Below, piece after piece: positions 63,519 through 64,000 of a stretch of DNA of 64,000 nucleotides. A program made the position numbers and the translations under genes. Origin of the DNA: a virus (taxonomy: Duplodnaviria; Heunggongvirae; Uroviricota; Caudoviricetes); the IMG/VR virus record IMGVR_UViG_3300015615_000629, positions 192,001 through 256,000 of that record; one strand, 5' to 3'. A model generated the notes under the pieces. It saw only the letters and a list, made by a program, of their open reading frames with translations, was not told where the DNA came from and ran no database searches. Numbering within the stretch: the first letter of the stretch is position 1; every line of letters starts with the position of its first letter.

Positions 63519-64000
63519 TTTTAAAATTCTCCGGAAACATATCGAATACTTTAAATAACCTTAAAATTTGAGTTGAGTTCAAACTGTAAGTCTCTTTGTT
63601 ACCAAATCTGATATCTGAATGGATCTTTTCCCCTTCGGCCCTGATCTTCTTTACATCCGCCGATGTAACGAAAAACCACTTACTCCAAGGATTCGGAACC
63701 GTTTGAGTCCTAGTTTTGGAAAGACCTGTCTGGTATGACGTTATAAAGATAATTTCTGGATTTTCTTCTAGACGCTTTAAGTCCACCTCCTTCCAACCTG
63801 CCTTCCAGGCCCAACTGTTTTTAACGTCAATAATAGTTAAATCACTAAACCCCACCGACTTAAACAAATCCGCTCCATCCATGTTTCGCCAGCCTTGTAC
63901 CATTTTTATGATATAATCTGGATTCCATGTAAAGTTTGGATCCATATCAACTTCCCCATCGTTGTGCTTAGAGGCATTTAAAACAGATTCCCAAAGCGGT
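63514..64000 (-). CDS. hypothetical protein, probably truncated by the window edge
   Basis: frame stays open from 63945 to the window end. Confidence 0.55.
   Translation of the reverse strand, partial: PLWESVLNASKHNDGEVDMDPNFTWNPDYIIKMVQGWRNMDGADLFKSVGFSDLTIIDVKNSWAWKAGWKEVDLKRLEENPEIIFITSYQTGLSKTRTQTVPNPWSKWFFVTSADVKKIRAEGEKIHSDIRFGNKETYSLNSTQILRLFKVFDMFPENFKN

Noticed and set aside
833-63916. Many short antisense or alternate-frame ORFs in the track (e.g. 4519-4797, 9728-9967, 34844-35227, 41518-41889, 52373-52786)
   Set aside because: They lie within well-supported genes and have no motifs or start signals; treated as shadow ORFs.
1-64000. Stop-codon reassignment
   Set aside because: Conserved genes are full length in the standard code, and both TAG and TGA end genes at coupled junctions.

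Overview
A dense, AT-rich, mostly minus-strand segment with no host housekeeping operons, rRNA, tRNA or CRISPR array seen. It is best read as part of a large T4-like (jumbo/huge) phage genome using the standard code. A Planctomycete-type N-terminal motif and dockerin-like repeats on a G8 protein suggest a Planctomycetota host. Recognisable content: a T4-like replication cluster (UvsX/RecA, gp32-like SSB, UvsY, gp41-like helicase, region-2-only sigma factor, short PolA); nucleotide metabolism (thyA, DHFR fused to an HldC-like nucleotidyltransferase, guaC, dNMP kinase, Nudix); seven DNA methyltransferases; a complete PrkA(YeaG)-YeaH-SpoVR module; a Ski2/Hel308-like helicase; an amidoligase; homing-type nucleases; and tail-like proteins. 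Strongest unannotated signals: (1) a -10-only TA(T/A/G)ATA motif 4-6 nt before the start codons of at least 11 SD-less genes; (2) a ~155-nt rod-shaped, 6S-like ncRNA between that motif and an intrinsic terminator, near the truncated sigma; (3) about ten unrelated proteins sharing an M-x-F-(R/K)-x-(W/F/Y)-(L/F)-E leader resembling the T4 capsid-targeting sequence, several with ADP-ribosyltransferase-, ParB- or bL12-like domains; (4) capsid-derived domains fused to non-structural proteins. All family calls come from reading motifs by eye; no database search was run.
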